NCBI GenBank assembly: GCA_013239625.1
Contig: MU053754.1
Location: 62,001-126,000 of the forward strand
Reading direction: 5' to 3'
Length of the DNA: 64,000 nucleotides
DNA from: Lama guanicoe
Lineage: Eukaryota
The position numbers and the translations under genes were made by a program. The notes beneath the pieces are model-generated. The model searched no databases. It saw only the letters and a program-made list of their open reading frames with translations, and was not told where the DNA came from. Below are positions 48,801 through 61,918 of the stretch, piece by piece (position 1 is the stretch's first letter; each line of letters opens with the position of its first letter).

Positions 48801-51800
48801 GGATTCCAGATGTGTCACCTGCGTGTGGCCAACCGTATCTCAATACCATCAATTATTACCCTGCTAATTACTGAGTCTGTCGAATGGATATCCGTGTGGT
48901 TTTTAACATGTTTCCCGTAACCTTTGGATAGATGCATGGTTGCTACCCAGGAAGGCCATAGCTTTTGCAGACAGTCCTGATGGCTGTTGACACACACGCA
49001 TAGGATGTCTCTAAGGGCTCGCTCTGTAAACACAGCCTGAGCTCTTCAGGAAAGCTGCAGTCACTTAACTGGAAACTTCGGGTTCCCGTGCACCCTGCTG
49101 TCAGCAGTGTACGCGTCGTTTTGCAGCCTCTGACTCAGCAAACGTGCGTAGGACTAGACTGCAGGGGGTGAGTACTAAGCGTCTGTGTCAGGCTGGCAGA
49201 AGAAACCGCATCGAGATCAGCTTGTGGGAAATTCATAGAAGCAATCTAAGCAGAAGAGAGAGTCGGGGCCACCGTGCCAGTCACTGGGGTAAGTGCTCTG
49301 AGTCTTTTTGGCTGTGGGTTGGAGCCTGTTGGATGAATCCCAAAACAACCACCAAAAGAGCGTCTTGCAGTCGGTGCAGACTCCCGGGCCGGTAACAAAA
49401 CCTACATCAAAATGTTCACGCTACTTTTCAGATATGCACACACACACACAGTACTTTTCATTATTTTCTGTGTACCCTGATCTTATGGTCTAAACTCTCA
49501 TGTGCAATGGTGCCGAGGGAAGAAAAAAATCTCAAACTTCAGCCTGCCTTTCAGAACAGATTCTGCCGGTCTTATACTTTGGATAAATATGCAGTCAACT
49601 CCGAATTTGAACAGCCCAGCACGCCACAGTCCTCCTTCACCCCAGCTCCAATAGCAGGTCCGTGTCTAAGCTCTCAGTGTCTTTTTACAGTAGTAGGTCC
49701 TTAGATCCGAAGGTGGATGTGCGAAATCTTCTCATGTCTGAGCACTCTAGTATCTCCGTGTCAGTCTCCTTCGTCGTCTTGGTTTGAAGGTCAGTGGAAA
49801 ATCACATTGATTCGTGTGGTGCTGGGTGGTGAGAAGGGCTTGTCACGTCAGCGCTGGCATGCGCTGACTCCCTGGGGACTTAATGGGGAGAACTTGTGTG
49901 CGTGTGCCTGAGCAATGGCGGGTCGAGTCCCAGGACGGGGGTGTTTTATATGCGTGGAAAAATCTGTCTGCTGCCCGCCTCTAAATGCCCTGGCAGGTGT
50001 GCTCATATCCATGGACAAAGCTCAGTGTCTGCCAGGAGAGCTGGTTTCTGTTCAGGAAAAAAAGTTACATGGGTATGTGTTACAGCCGAAGCCGGGAGTT
50101 AGAGGTCAAGAGGAATAATCCTATGGGTGGGTAAGGATGAGAAGTCAGAGAGAAGGCTGGGGTGGGTGAGGGGTAGGGGGCCGGCGAGGGGAGGGGAGTC
50201 GGAGACAGAGGGAAAAACAGGAACACAAGTGGATTCGGCTAACGTATGCCCAGCCCTGAGCCTTCTCCTCAACCCAGTTAACACCCTGACACAAAACCAC
50301 CGGTTTGCCTTGAAGAACATTTCCAGATTTCAATTCTTCATTATTTTGTACACCTGGAGGTTCCCTGGTCTCAACCAGAAGCCGTCACAAGGCTGCAGTC
50401 ACAGCCAGACACTCTGTCCCCAGATGTGGAGTGGGAGGGCATTGGCTAATGGCCCCCGTTTTATTCACTTCAGTGCTCTCTGCTCTCAGTCCCTGAGGTT
50501 GGCACCAAAGCACACATGCTGTCGTTGAGAATGCTGCACGTCCTGTCCTGTTAAATGCTCATCAGTCCTCGCATGCCTGGGATGTACGTGGATGCCTCAC
50601 GTATCCCTAACCGCTGAGGTCCTCACCGATGGAGCCAGCGTGAGGCTCTAGCAGTAGACTGGGCTGCAGGCTTGGGAGCCCACACGGAATCCCATGGGTG
50701 CCCGAAACCGGGCTGTGTGACCACCGTCAAGCGGTACTTCATTCTTCAGGCTGACTCGGGTCCCCATGAAGAGGCAGAGACTGAAGCTACTCACAGAGGC
50801 CACCGTCCCATCTTTCTGGACCTCCCAGACCAGCTTCCTTGCGCCCACCAGGCAGCGTCCTCCCTTGGCGTCCAGTCCCGTTGGCTGAGCTCCGCGCTTC
50901 CCGTGCCTCTGGGTCTCCTAACCCCTCTCTCTGTGCCGAGCCGAGGGATGAAAGTCACTTCGGCGGCCATCACCTCTGCCTCTTTTGTGGCATCCCTTTT
51001 TGCTTTTTGAGGACTGAACCACCTTTGAAACGGATTTGCAGTGATGAAGTTCTCTTTGTTGGATTTAGTGAAGCGGTTTGCCCTTTCTTAGCCGGATCTG
51101 ACAGCAGAGCTGACAGCTGTGGTTGGAGAAGGGCTCCTTCCGAGCCCTCCTGTGTGATGGGGAGCAGAGCGGTGGTGCTCACGGCCCCAGGGCTTCCCCC
51201 ACCCCGTGCTCACGTCCTTTCCTGTGTCACCCTGCAGGGGACCTGTGTGTGCGTCTTGGTCCGTGGGACGGGGTGCAGGCAGAGGCTCCAGGAAGCATTT
51301 GGTTTCTTCCGTTTCCCCTTTCTCCCCGCCAAAACCATGGCGTGGCTGAGCCCAGTCTCCCAACAGGTCCCAGGAGGAGGATGGAGCAGCACTGAGGCAC
51401 AGACTCATCCCAGTTGAGGTCATTTGTCTCGCCCAACGTCCAGCCAAATCCCAGACGTGGCAGCACAGCTCCACCCCCAGATACGTGCACACGACCTGCT
51501 TACTTCCCTGTGGAGGGAGGGTTGGTTACGCGGCCGTCTTATGGCTGGCGGAGTGTGCCACGTTCACCAGCCTCGTGGCCCGTTCTCCAGCGTCGTGGCG
51601 CAGGACAGATGCCCTTGAGGTGACTCTGGACGCGGGGCAGACCCGTCCCGTCCTCACTGAACATGCGTGGGCTTTGTTCTGACGGGAAGCCCACGGCCCC
51701 TTCCTAGACTTCAGGGCAGCCCGCTTGGCTTTTGTCAGGACCCTTTTGTGTTCTTAGCTTTCTTGTGCTATCTCTGGAGAGTTATCTGAACGTCTCTTCA

Positions 51801-52633
51801 GCTGTGCGGTAGGTGAGTGTCCTGCAGGGCTCTCTCCGGGAGCCCACGACCTTTCTTGACGTTTCTGCAGGACACGTGTGGTCTCTCCCCTGCACGGCTC
51901 ACAGCCCTTGGCCAGTAGACCCTTCCAGTGATCACCCCAGTACTTCCCAGCCTCCTCTGCTGACGTGCAGGGTTCTTATATATCACCTTGAATGCACCAA
52001 GTGTGAAATTAAACTTTTATGAACGCTGGCTCCCTAAGGGGCGGGCCTGTGCTCAGCTCAATTTCCAGACGTGCAAACTGGGCTTGGGTCAAGCCTGCGG
52101 AGTTCGTTCTGCTGAAGCATGGAGGTGATGGAACCTTCATTCATTTTTAACACACTCTTTTCAAGCGATTTTATCCAAGTGCCAAGAGGTGGCAGCTTCT
52201 GCGCCGAAGTGTACCGTAGCAGGGAACGTAGGGGCCATAAATGCACGCAGACGGGGATGAACGCGTCAAAGCCGCTTGACAGAAAGCGGTGCCTTCCTCC
52301 AGCCCAGGGGCACAGACATCACTGTGGGAGACCTTCCCAGTGGGTTGCAGCGTGACTATGTCTTAAAGAAGGCGTAGGAGTCAGCCAGGTCAGGTTGTGG
52401 GGAGGGCGCTCCAGGCAGGGGCTGGAGCAAGGGGCAGAGGCGGGAGATGTCTCCTGGCATCTGGGGACAGAATGAAGTTGGGGACTCACCAGGTGGACAG
52501 GGCATTCGTGGAGTTGTGTCTCGTAGTGAAAGACATGTGTACCGGGAAATCCACATTTGTGTTTCAAAGAGATCACGCCAATAGCTTAAGAGTAGTTAGG
52601 GTCTGTTTCTGTTTTGTTATAGTCATTAATTCA

Positions 52634-52955
52634 TTTTATTTTTTATTTTCTGGATTCCACTCATCGGTGATAACAGAGTTGTTGGCTTTCTCTGTTCAAT
52701 TATTTCACTAAGCATAACACCCTGTAGGTCCATCCGTATTGCTGTAAATGGCAAAATTTCGTTCTTCTGTAGCTGAGTAATATTCCATTCCAGTCCATAC
52801 ACATGAGTGCCACAGCTTCTTTATCCAGTCGTCTGCCATCGGACATTTGGGCTGCTTCCACATCTCAGCTATTGTAAACGGTGCTGCTATGAGCATGGGG
52901 GTGCGTGTATCTTTTCAAATGAGCGTTTTCATTTTGTTCAGATGCACACCCAGGG
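52634..52955 (-). mobile_element. L1 ORF2 end / proximal 3' UTR fragment
   Basis: Minus frame MLIAAPFTIAEMWKQPKCPMADDWIKKLW...MEYYSA. Confidence 0.88.
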
Positions 52956-55126
52956 GAGGAGTCACAGTGAGTGTTTTGAAAGTCAGGCTCAGAAGAACAT
53001 AGCTGTGATTCGTCAGACGTCGTGAGTCAGGGCTGCCGGGCGTGAGGAGAGGGAAGGCGGCCGGCAGACGGGCCAGGCCGGGCACGGGGACAGAAGCGTG
53101 AGGAAGGACCGCTGTCACAGGTGCACGCAGGCCGCAGCCCTGTCCGTTTGTGACCCTGGCAAGGTTTCCGGGCTGGACGAGGGGGAGCAGCAGTTCCCAG
53201 CACGTCTCTCCGACTCGTCATTCCTGGGCAGGGATGCCCTTGTGAAGCCCAGTTACCTGGGATTTATCCGGCCAGTTCCTCCTCGTCCAAGAGTCAGTTC
53301 TCACGCTCCTTCCCAGGCAAGGGTGAGTTCAGCCAGCTTCTAGTGACCGTCTTGTCTTTGTTCCCTGAGGTCACTCCATCGGACTCCCAACCCTCTTCGA
53401 GTACAGCTGCTGGTGCACTGACTCTTAGAGCCGGGTTCACAGCGAGGTTGGAAGGAAGGAGCTAGATGAAGACCTTCCTGTCGATTCTAGGGTCCGTTTC
53501 AGTGTGCAAGGCTCTCTGTGCCTTGTGCGTGGTGTTAGCGGTTCTCATCCTGTGCTCGGGCTGAAGGTTGTGGACCGTTGTTTTTATGGTTCCCTGTAAT
53601 GTAGCGGGAAGTCCAACACTTTCCGAAGAGCCGTAGTTAGTGCTAAACATAAAGTAAGGTCAAAGAGGGAAAGAGTCTTCGGTTGAGCGGGATTTCCCTT
53701 GAGCCTGACTCCTTGGTGTGAGACAGGAACTAAGGAAGCTACTTGGGGTGGGGGTGCGGGGTCCTTCCATTGAGAGAAGCCTCCTCGTCTCGGTGGATAG
53801 CAGTTCCGGGAGGGATGGAGAGGTGTAGTTCTGTTCTGCAACTAAGAATCCCGTCTTCCAGGGTCCTCCATCCCCGTTTTCCTAGTGTCCTTCAAATCCC
53901 CTCCTATTTGGGGTGATCCTAAGCCTGTCCATCAGTTTCCAAACAAAAGAATTCATTAAAGAGGAGAGGTTTTGACTTCTTTCCACGTTCTTTTAAAGTC
54001 ATGGGAACAGGCACCCACAGGTTGTATCTTCTTCGGAGAGACTGAATGGGTAGAGAGAGGAGTGGAGCGAAAACGTGTGTCTTGGTTGTGTTCATCAGTG
54101 TCCAGCGTGTGCCTCTTTGCGCTGGGAATCCAGGAGGCTTATCTAAAATAAGGGGGCGTTATCCGGAGAAAATGCCTTCAACATCAGTGCAAGACTGTTG
54201 GCGAGGTCGGGGAAGAGACAGCTTGCTTGTTGTGAACACGTGTTCTGTCTTTTCTTAACAAGAAATCAGGACATCATAAGAAAGGAAGGAACAGGGAATG
54301 GAATGGAATGAAATCGTAGTCGGAAAACTAGATCCAGGCGTTCATTCTTGGAACTTTTATTTATTTCTCATGTATGATGTATTCGCATTGAATCTTTCTA
54401 TTATCGTGGGCGTGTGTGGAGTCAATGAAATCTATTAGAGATACTTACTAAAGGTCTGTGTTGTAATCGATGTAAAATTCATTTTCTCAGTTTAAAATAG
54501 AGAGGCAGTTTTTTTTTTTTCCAGGCCGTCTCATAAAAGGCTGGAACAAATCAACACCCTGTACAAACAGAGTAAGTGTGCTGCAAGCCAGTCGAGGGTT
54601 TATTTGCTCCCATCTTCCCAAAGGTTTTGGAGAGGCAATCCACAGTGGAACTTCAGTTGACTAAAAGCTTGACCGATGGAATAAATCTAAGTGCCAATAA
54701 AAGAAAAAAAAGTTTCTTATAGTGGAGAAGATATATAGATACGGATATAAATATTGATGCACACATTTCATCCACAAGTTTTGTTCAGGACGTGTATCGA
54801 CATGGCTTTGCCGTTTCCCCAAAGTGTTGCAAAAAGAAATGGATTCTTTCTACGTCATGTGCGAACGTGCAGCTGACGCATTCCCAGTGAGACAAACAGG
54901 CACTGCTCTTGCCAATTCCTCCTCTGACGCAACTCATGAGAAAATAATCATCAGTGTGTCTAACTTTCCTTGAGCATTCGTTATGACCTGTGGACTAGGT
55001 GATTTGAATAGACTCTATAATCTTTTCCTGATTGTAGAAAATGCTGTTTTCCTTGACTTTTCAGGTTATGATATTGGTACAGCTAATTTCTTTGAAATAA
55101 TAAATGCTTCTATAGAGAGGATTCCA

Positions 55127-55277
55127 TTTTTTTTTAATGAGAGCGAGATAATTAGGTTTATTTATTTATTTGTATTTGGAGGAGGTACTGGGGTTGAACC
55201 CAGGACCTCGTGCATGCTGAGCATGTGCTCTACCTCTTGAATTATACCCTCCCCAAGCTTGAGCTATACCCTCCCCC
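55127..55277 (-). mobile_element. tRNA-Ala-derived SINE (Vic-1 type), long form, with duplicated 5' end
   Basis: taattaggtttatttattt...gaggtactggggttgaacccaggacctcgtgcatgctgagcatgtgctctacc; degenerate TSD AGAGGA.T.CA. Confidence 0.9.
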
Positions 55278-55335
55278 AAGAGGACTGCAAATTAAGCCAC
55301 GAACACTTTATGCTGGCAATCCATTTTCATTAGAG

Positions 55336-55880
55336 TACGAAGCAATGAATGCATTCATTCACTTGTTGATTCACCCACTTTTTAAAATACCTAAAGTAGT
55401 GCTTAGCACTTAGTATGTGCTCAGGAAATATTTCTTCAGTGAATGCATGGATGCATGAATGAGTGGGTTGGTCACGTGCAAGAAGCTATGCTTAGGGCTC
55501 AGGGTACAGAGGTGACCCGAACAGGGGTATTGTCCTCCAGGCTGATTTGGGGGTCTGCCTTGCACCCGAATGGCAACGGTGGAAGACAGAAATGGCATAG
55601 TGAAAAGGAGTTGGGGGGAAAAATACAGCTTGCAGGTGAGTGACCCCAAAGGGCTAGTGGGAGAGAGGGCGTTGTAATTTGACTAGCATCGCGGTTGAGA
55701 GGCCAAGATTCATACAAAGGAAAGAGAATGCATTTCAGTGGGGACAAAGAATGGCTGGAAATTCACGAAGCGAAGACCTGGAAGGCGTAAGATCAGCCCA
55801 TGGTGAGAGTTCACTCTGTTATCCAAGTAAGGAAGTGTCTTCTCAAAATCCATTGGAGGAGTCTGAGGAAATCTCTCGAC
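55336..55880 (-). mobile_element. LINE2 3'-end remnants
   Basis: gcattcattcacttgttgattcacccac and tgctcaggaaatatttcttcagtgaatgcatggatgcatgaatgag are L2-end motifs in opposite orientations. Confidence 0.5.
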
Positions 55881-55895
55881 ATCCCCATTAGGATG

Positions 55896-56350
55896 AGTAT
55901 GGTAAGCAGAATAATGACCTCTCCCCACCTGCCACAGACGCCGACGTCGTACTCCTCAGAAAATGATGAACCTGTCACTTTGCGTGGCGAAGGGGCTTTG
56001 CAGACGTGATCAAGTTAAGGAACTTGAGTTGGAGAGGTTATCCTGGATTGTACCCACAAGGGTCCCTGTAAGCAGAGGGCAGGAGGTCAGAGCCAGAGAA
56101 GATGTGAACAGAAGCAGAGGTCCGAATGGAACCGAGGAACCTGGTCGCCTCTGAAAGCTGGGAGAGGCAAGGGAATGGATTCCTCTCGGAGTCTCTAGAA
56201 GAAACGCCGTTCTGTCAGCACCTGAATTTTATCCCCTTAACGTCTCTTTCAGACGTACGACCTCCAGAACTGTAAGAGATTGCATACGTGTTGACGTAAG
56301 CCCTGCAACGTGTGGTCATTGGTGACAGCAGCCGTGGGCATCAAATCCAA
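55896..56350 (+). mobile_element. MaLR solo LTR (MLT1D-like)
   Basis: tggtaagcagaataatg...ggctttgcagacgtgatcaagttaagga...aagctgggagaggcaagggaatggattc...cctccagaactgtaagag. Confidence 0.85.
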
Positions 56351-57750
56351 CGACCTAACTTCTTAGACAGGCACCTTTTTTCTCTTCTCCTGTCCTTTTT
56401 CTCCTCCCAGTGTCCCCTCTAAGCCCAAGGAAGCAACTTTGGAGGCATTAACCCCGGAGCATTAAATCCAGCGCCCTGACCCGTATGGGCATACAGGAAG
56501 AGCCGTGTTTAACCGTGAGCTGTTTCGAGATACAGAACGGCATCCCGACCCTCTGAAGTGAATCCTCTCTTGGTCATTGGCCTCCTGTTGCTATGGCGCG
56601 CAGATAAAATGGTCCAGATGCTTCTTCCCCCCGAGGGCAAAACCATCAGCTCACATATTCCAAGAAAGACATGCCACTTGTCATCTTTATTCCAGGAATA
56701 CAGATGTGCTTTTTTTTTTTTTTGCGCACAAGTGTATCTGTCAGAAAATCATTTGAGTGAGCCTTCAAAATATTTGGAAAGAAATGCAGTCGAAAATGCA
56801 CAACTCTTTCCATCTATTCCGTTAACCTCTGGCTTGCTAACCTTTACTTTCTTACTTTCCCAGAGAAACTCATAAATTGTCTCTACAAAAATATAAAAGA
56901 CATTAGCGAGTTGGACAGCATGTATTTTCCTATCTTTCCTCAGTGTCCAGGATGAAAAATGACTCTTTTTAGATCATCCTCAATAATTATGACATTTTTC
57001 TGAGTTGGACAAAAGCTCACCATCAAAGCCATCACCTTCAAGGATTCACCAGAAGACATGGGCTGTGTGCTGCGGTTTTGTTTCTGATCTGAATGACATG
57101 TGGACAGTGAGGTTCTTTGCTTGACTGGGGAAAACGTTGCAGATGCTTTAGAATTCTGTGCCACTAGAGAAACCCAGCTGTGTTCCAAATTTAATGTAAA
57201 GTTGTCAGGACTTTTTCCACCTTCGATTCGACCCTGCGTGAACCGACATGGACACAAAGATGTGTCTGAGCTGGTTCTTGATTTGAAAGCAGGACTTCTA
57301 AAAGGACAGAAGTCGTAGACACACCATGACTTCAGTGCCACCTTCTTGATCCTGGGGCATAAATCAAACCCCCAAATCCAGACAGTCATATCTTTAACTC
57401 GCTTTAAAGCTCACAGAGGTGAGTGAGCTTCTTCTAACAGGTTTCCTGTTTTCCAGGACCACAGAGAAATTTTGTGCACGTACTTGCATGGGTATAAATA
57501 AAGGCTAACGTTTGTATGATTCCACTTTTTGTAACTCTCCACAAGGATAACTGAGGTAGGAGACAAGTGCCTATTTAGAAAACATCAGAAGGTGTCCACA
57601 CGATGAGACTCGTTCACCTGGTCTTCACGTGTTCAAATGTTCTCAGTAAGACCTAGATGAGAAGATTTAAAGACCCCAAAATTGAACTGATATGAAGAAC
57701 TTCCCAAAATACTGGTACCAAAAAATGTCCTATATTGTTTGATTATATAA

Positions 57751-58098
57751 TGTCTTCGTCTGTGCAGGCTGGGCTATGACACTGAGGGGCGCAAACAACA
57801 GACACTGCTTTCTCACAGTTTTGGGGGCTGGGAGTCCAAGATCGAGGTCCCAGCTGCCTTAGTTCGTGGTGACAGTTCTCTTCCTGGTTCACAGGTGGTC
57901 ACCTTCTCGCTGTGTCCTCACATGGAGGAAGGGGCGAGGGAGCTCCCCGGGGTCTTTTCTGGAAGGGCCCTAATCCCACTCCTACGGGCTCCACCCTCAC
58001 GACCTCAGCACCTCCCAAAGGCACCACCTCCAAATACCATCACATTGGGAACATCAGCACATGGATCTTGGAGGGACACAAACATTCAGTCTATGGCA
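57751..58098 (-). mobile_element. MaLR solo LTR (MLT1A-like)
   Basis: ttctcacagttttgggggctgggagtccaagatcgagg...cttctcgctgtgtcctcacatgg...cacctcccaaaggc...aacattcagtctatggca. Confidence 0.88.
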
Positions 58099-59264
58099 AA
58101 TGATGTCAAGAGAAGGGCCGAGCAAGACAAAAATCGAAGAACGCCAAGTGCACTGTGGACATCCAACTTGAAAGGCAGGGTGTGAGGAGGGTGTGCTCCT
58201 TCAAGGTGTGCTAGATAACCTCCCAGGGCCCTCGACTGTTGATAGGCGTCACGCAGACTGCAGTGGTGAAGTCAGGATGGTGGTGAGACTGTTGAATAAA
58301 ATCTTAGTGCAAGTACCAAGAGCTTTAGTGCAAGAGAGTACCCGTGACATCAGCGTGATGAGATATTCATTTCTAGGAAGAAATGAAGACTTGGGATGAC
58401 CTTTGCCCACAATAGCAGGATGAAGATTGGACTGATCTGTCAGTGAAAGTAAGGAGAGCCAAAAGCTATTTGGAGTGAAGCCATCCAGAGGGCAAGAGTC
58501 AGCTTTTTTGTTTGTTTCTTTGTTTTTTACTAATCACAGTGACGCTTTGTGATGAGAGAGGAAAACAGTGGAATGTGACTTTGGTATCGTGTGTCCAGCC
58601 ACTTTTGAATATATGGCGTGATTCGTCTTGGTTGCCATTTTCAATATCCATTCTTTCTGTGGATGCTTAGTTTCGGAATTTAAGAAGGGAGCGTGTCCTC
58701 AAGGGACAAGAAGCATCAGGAAATATGTGCTGACGTCCCAGGAGGTTCTGGTTTGGCAACAGAGAGAGGGGCACCCTGGGCAGGAGACCAGGGTGGAGGT
58801 GGACAGTGAATGTACGCAGCGCTGGAGGAAGTAGTGTGTCTTTTCTGGGAGGGTCTCTGGGACATTGCAGAAGGGGGCTGCATCACTGCACCAGGCTGCG
58901 ACTTGGCTGGAGTTGTGTGTCTGCTGGCAGAGAGAAAGCTGTAACCCCTTTGTGCTTTCTCAACTTCTCTCATCCTAGAACAGGGAGACCCAGCCGGCGG
59001 CTGTCTACGGTGTGTGGCCTCACCGGTCTGCTCGCCAAGTCCAGCAGCGGCTGTGATCATGAGCTAGACAAGAGCGTAGGGGCACCTTTTTCGAATGGCA
59101 GTCTAGGTGTGGTTCTCCAGGTGGTCTGACACCATGCATCCCAGAAAACCCCTGATATTCGGTGACGCTAAGGCCCACTTACTCTGGGGAGTGGCGAACG
59201 GGCTCTGGGCTTGGACTGCCCACACGTGCATCCCAGTTCTCCTCTTTTCCACCCTTGCGGTCAG

Positions 59265-59430
59265 GAAAAGTTTGTGGACTCTCCCCTAGTGCTCATGGTT
59301 CTCATGCCTGAAATGTGACTGATGAGCTAGTACCTCTGTGATGGCACCATTGGGAGGATTAAAAGGGGATGATTCCCAGATGGTGCAGCGCAGTGCCTGG
59401 TGTTGACAGGCGGTGCTCAGCCAGTGCTCA
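59265..59430 (+). mobile_element. MIR SINE remnant
   Basis: ctctccctagtgctcatggttctcatgcctgaaatg...gggaggattaaa...gcagtgcctgg...ggtgctcag. Confidence 0.55.
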
Positions 59431-61406
59431 CCATGATGCTTGTGGTACAGCTGAGAGATCTAATGCTTACGTTCTGTGGACGGTGGGGGATCATCTCGCA
59501 GAGCTGAGGGGGATCGCAGACTATCATGGCGCTGCTGTCCCGTGGGGATGGCGGCGTCTCCTCACTGTGCCACGTCATCCACTTCACCTGCCTACATCCT
59601 CTTTTTTTCTTCTTGATCTGGGCCCTGGGAGGCTGATCCGTGTGGATAAGATCCGTGGACCCTGTGTTTCTGGCTCTAGGGTGGTCTGATCAGCAGTGAA
59701 CCCTGGAGGCAAATAGGAGGGAGGGAGGGAAATGAGGACCGAGGTGCCTCTTATACTGACTCTGTCTCCATGAGGACATCTGGGGCTGGAAGGGCCGTCA
59801 GCTAAACCTGGCTGTCTTCTCCAGGTGGCTGCTGCAGACGCACCGCTCTGGCCCCAGATGTTAGGAACTCTGTCTTTGCCAAAAGGTGGAGATGGCTCCG
59901 TTGCTATAGTTCTGAGTGCCTGCATGGTTTATGGTTTCTCGACACACATTTCTAATGAGATCATTAATTAAAACAACAAGAAGAAGAACAGAATCCTTCC
60001 AAGGGTAATCCGTGTTTGAATTTGCCCTTGGTTTGTTGTCAGAACATTCATATTCCCTGATGCTGTGTGTTCAGACACGCTTTGGAGGTGATGACTCACA
60101 GAACGTGGCTCTGAGGATGCCAGCCTTTCAGGATTACACGTGGCACTCTAAAAGGCTTTGGGATATAAAAGCACTGGTAAACCTTAAGGTCTGGCCATAC
60201 AGTCATTTCACTGAGCTGTGTCACAAGGTGATACATTTAAGTCCATGATCTGGTAGTGTGGGTTTTAGACTGAAACTTACCGTCAGAAACCATTAGCATT
60301 AAATGAACCCACACTGGACTCACAGTCACAGGGATAATGCCATGTGTATATTCATCAGTATTTTGAACATGTATCTTTTTTTGTTTCCCTGGATTGCTGA
60401 CACTCAGATTTTACCCTTCATTGCAATTGGTGATGATAATTTGTGAGTCTGGCCACGTAGACAGAGTAGATACATTACTTTTTTTTTTTTTTTTTAGATT
60501 TGTTGTTTAGATTCAGAAACCTGTGGAAACAGTACTTTCTAAATTTTTACACAAATGAAATAGGGAAAGAGATTCTTTGATTTCTCCCAGCCACTGTAGG
60601 GAATCCTAGTACATCATTTCACTGGTTTTCAAAGCCCCTTCCAACCTTTGTATTTCTGTCCATCGGACACAATTAGCATTATTTCCTTCTGGTTAAGATA
60701 GGAATTCTAAAACTGTCTTCTGATCATTTCCTAATAGCCCATGATGCTAGACTTCAGGTTGGGTGTTGGAAGGACCAGCCAGGTATAGTAGAGTCAGTGG
60801 AGGGGGTGAGTGCGGAGGGGTGGTCCAGGTGCCACTTTCTGCATCTGAATTGAAACTCAATCAAGGTGTCTCCCCTGGAACGCCTCAGCCTTAATCTCCT
60901 GGCCCAGAAGGGACCTGCTACAACTGGGCTTTGAAGGGAACGCAAACATTGAGCTCTAGCTCTTTGACACAGGGGGCTACATTCGATGCAGCGTGTCTCC
61001 CGGGGCGTTTGTAGAGCACAACGCTTTATTGTGAATTTGCCCCTACCTCAACCCCAGACCCTTCACCAATTTCTGGCCGCTTATGTGTTTCCTTCACTTC
61101 AGGCACATTCAAAACCCAGTGGGGGAGCACTGGAAACGTGTATTTGCAGCAAATGAATTGACAGATGCAAGCCAGAATCAATAAAACTGCCCCTACACCC
61201 GAGGCTGGATGCATCTGAGAACAGTATATGTAATTTTTGAGTTGTTCAGTATTTATTGAGGGAAAGCAGTTTTGATAGCCTTCTTTTGTATTTAAACGTT
61301 AGTCTTCCAGGGAATTTAAACTTCCATTTGATAGTCTTCCGTTGTATTTAAATTGGAGCATGGAATATGAAGATAAAGGATGGATTCCATAGTAAGAATT
61401 CACCTT

Positions 61407-61563
61407 GGGGAGGAGGGTGTAGCTCAAGTGGTAAGAGCACATGCTTAGCATACACACACGGTCCTGGGTTCAATCCCCAGTCCCTCCTCTAAAAATAAAT
61501 TTCTAAACCTCATTACCTACTTCCCCCCAAGTAAATTTAAAAAAAGAAGTAAAGAAACCCAGA
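61407..61563 (+). mobile_element. tRNA-Ala-derived SINE (Vic-1 type), long form
   Basis: GAGGGTGTAGCTCAAGTGGTAAGAGCACATGCTTAGCAT...GGTCCTGGGTTCAATCCCCAGT plus tail; degenerate TSD AG.ATT.ACCT. Confidence 0.9.
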
Positions 61564-61688
61564 GAGGATTGACCTAAACACCCAGTGCTTCTCAGAGTGG
61601 CGTTTGGGGACCCCCCCCCGGAAGCCTATTCATTACGTGTGAAAGACAGTCCACATCGTGGTTAGTTTCAGCTTGGGCCATACCACAT

Positions 61689-61918
61689 CAGTGGTCCTGA
61701 AGCAGTGGCGTTTTTGCCTCCCTCCCTCCTCCTGTCTCCACTCCAGGTGACACTTGGCGGTGTCTGGAGTTTTGATTGTCACTCCTTGGGTGCGGGGCTG
61801 CCACTGGCATGGACTGGGCAGAGGCCAGAGACTATGTGAAGCATCTCCTCGTGCCCAGGACAACCTCCCCCGCCTCCCACAGGGGAGTTATCTGGCCCCA
61901 GATGTCTGAGGAACGCTG
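61689..61918 (+). mobile_element. MER20-like hAT MITE
   Basis: cagtggtcct...gacacttggcggtgtctggagttttgattgtcac...gccactggcat...gcagaggccagaga...ttatctggccccagatgtc. Confidence 0.8.

Noticed and set aside
49847..49868. Hairpin GTCAGCGC-TGGCAT-GCGCTGAC
   Set aside because: An 8-bp stem is within chance expectation and too short for a pre-miRNA.
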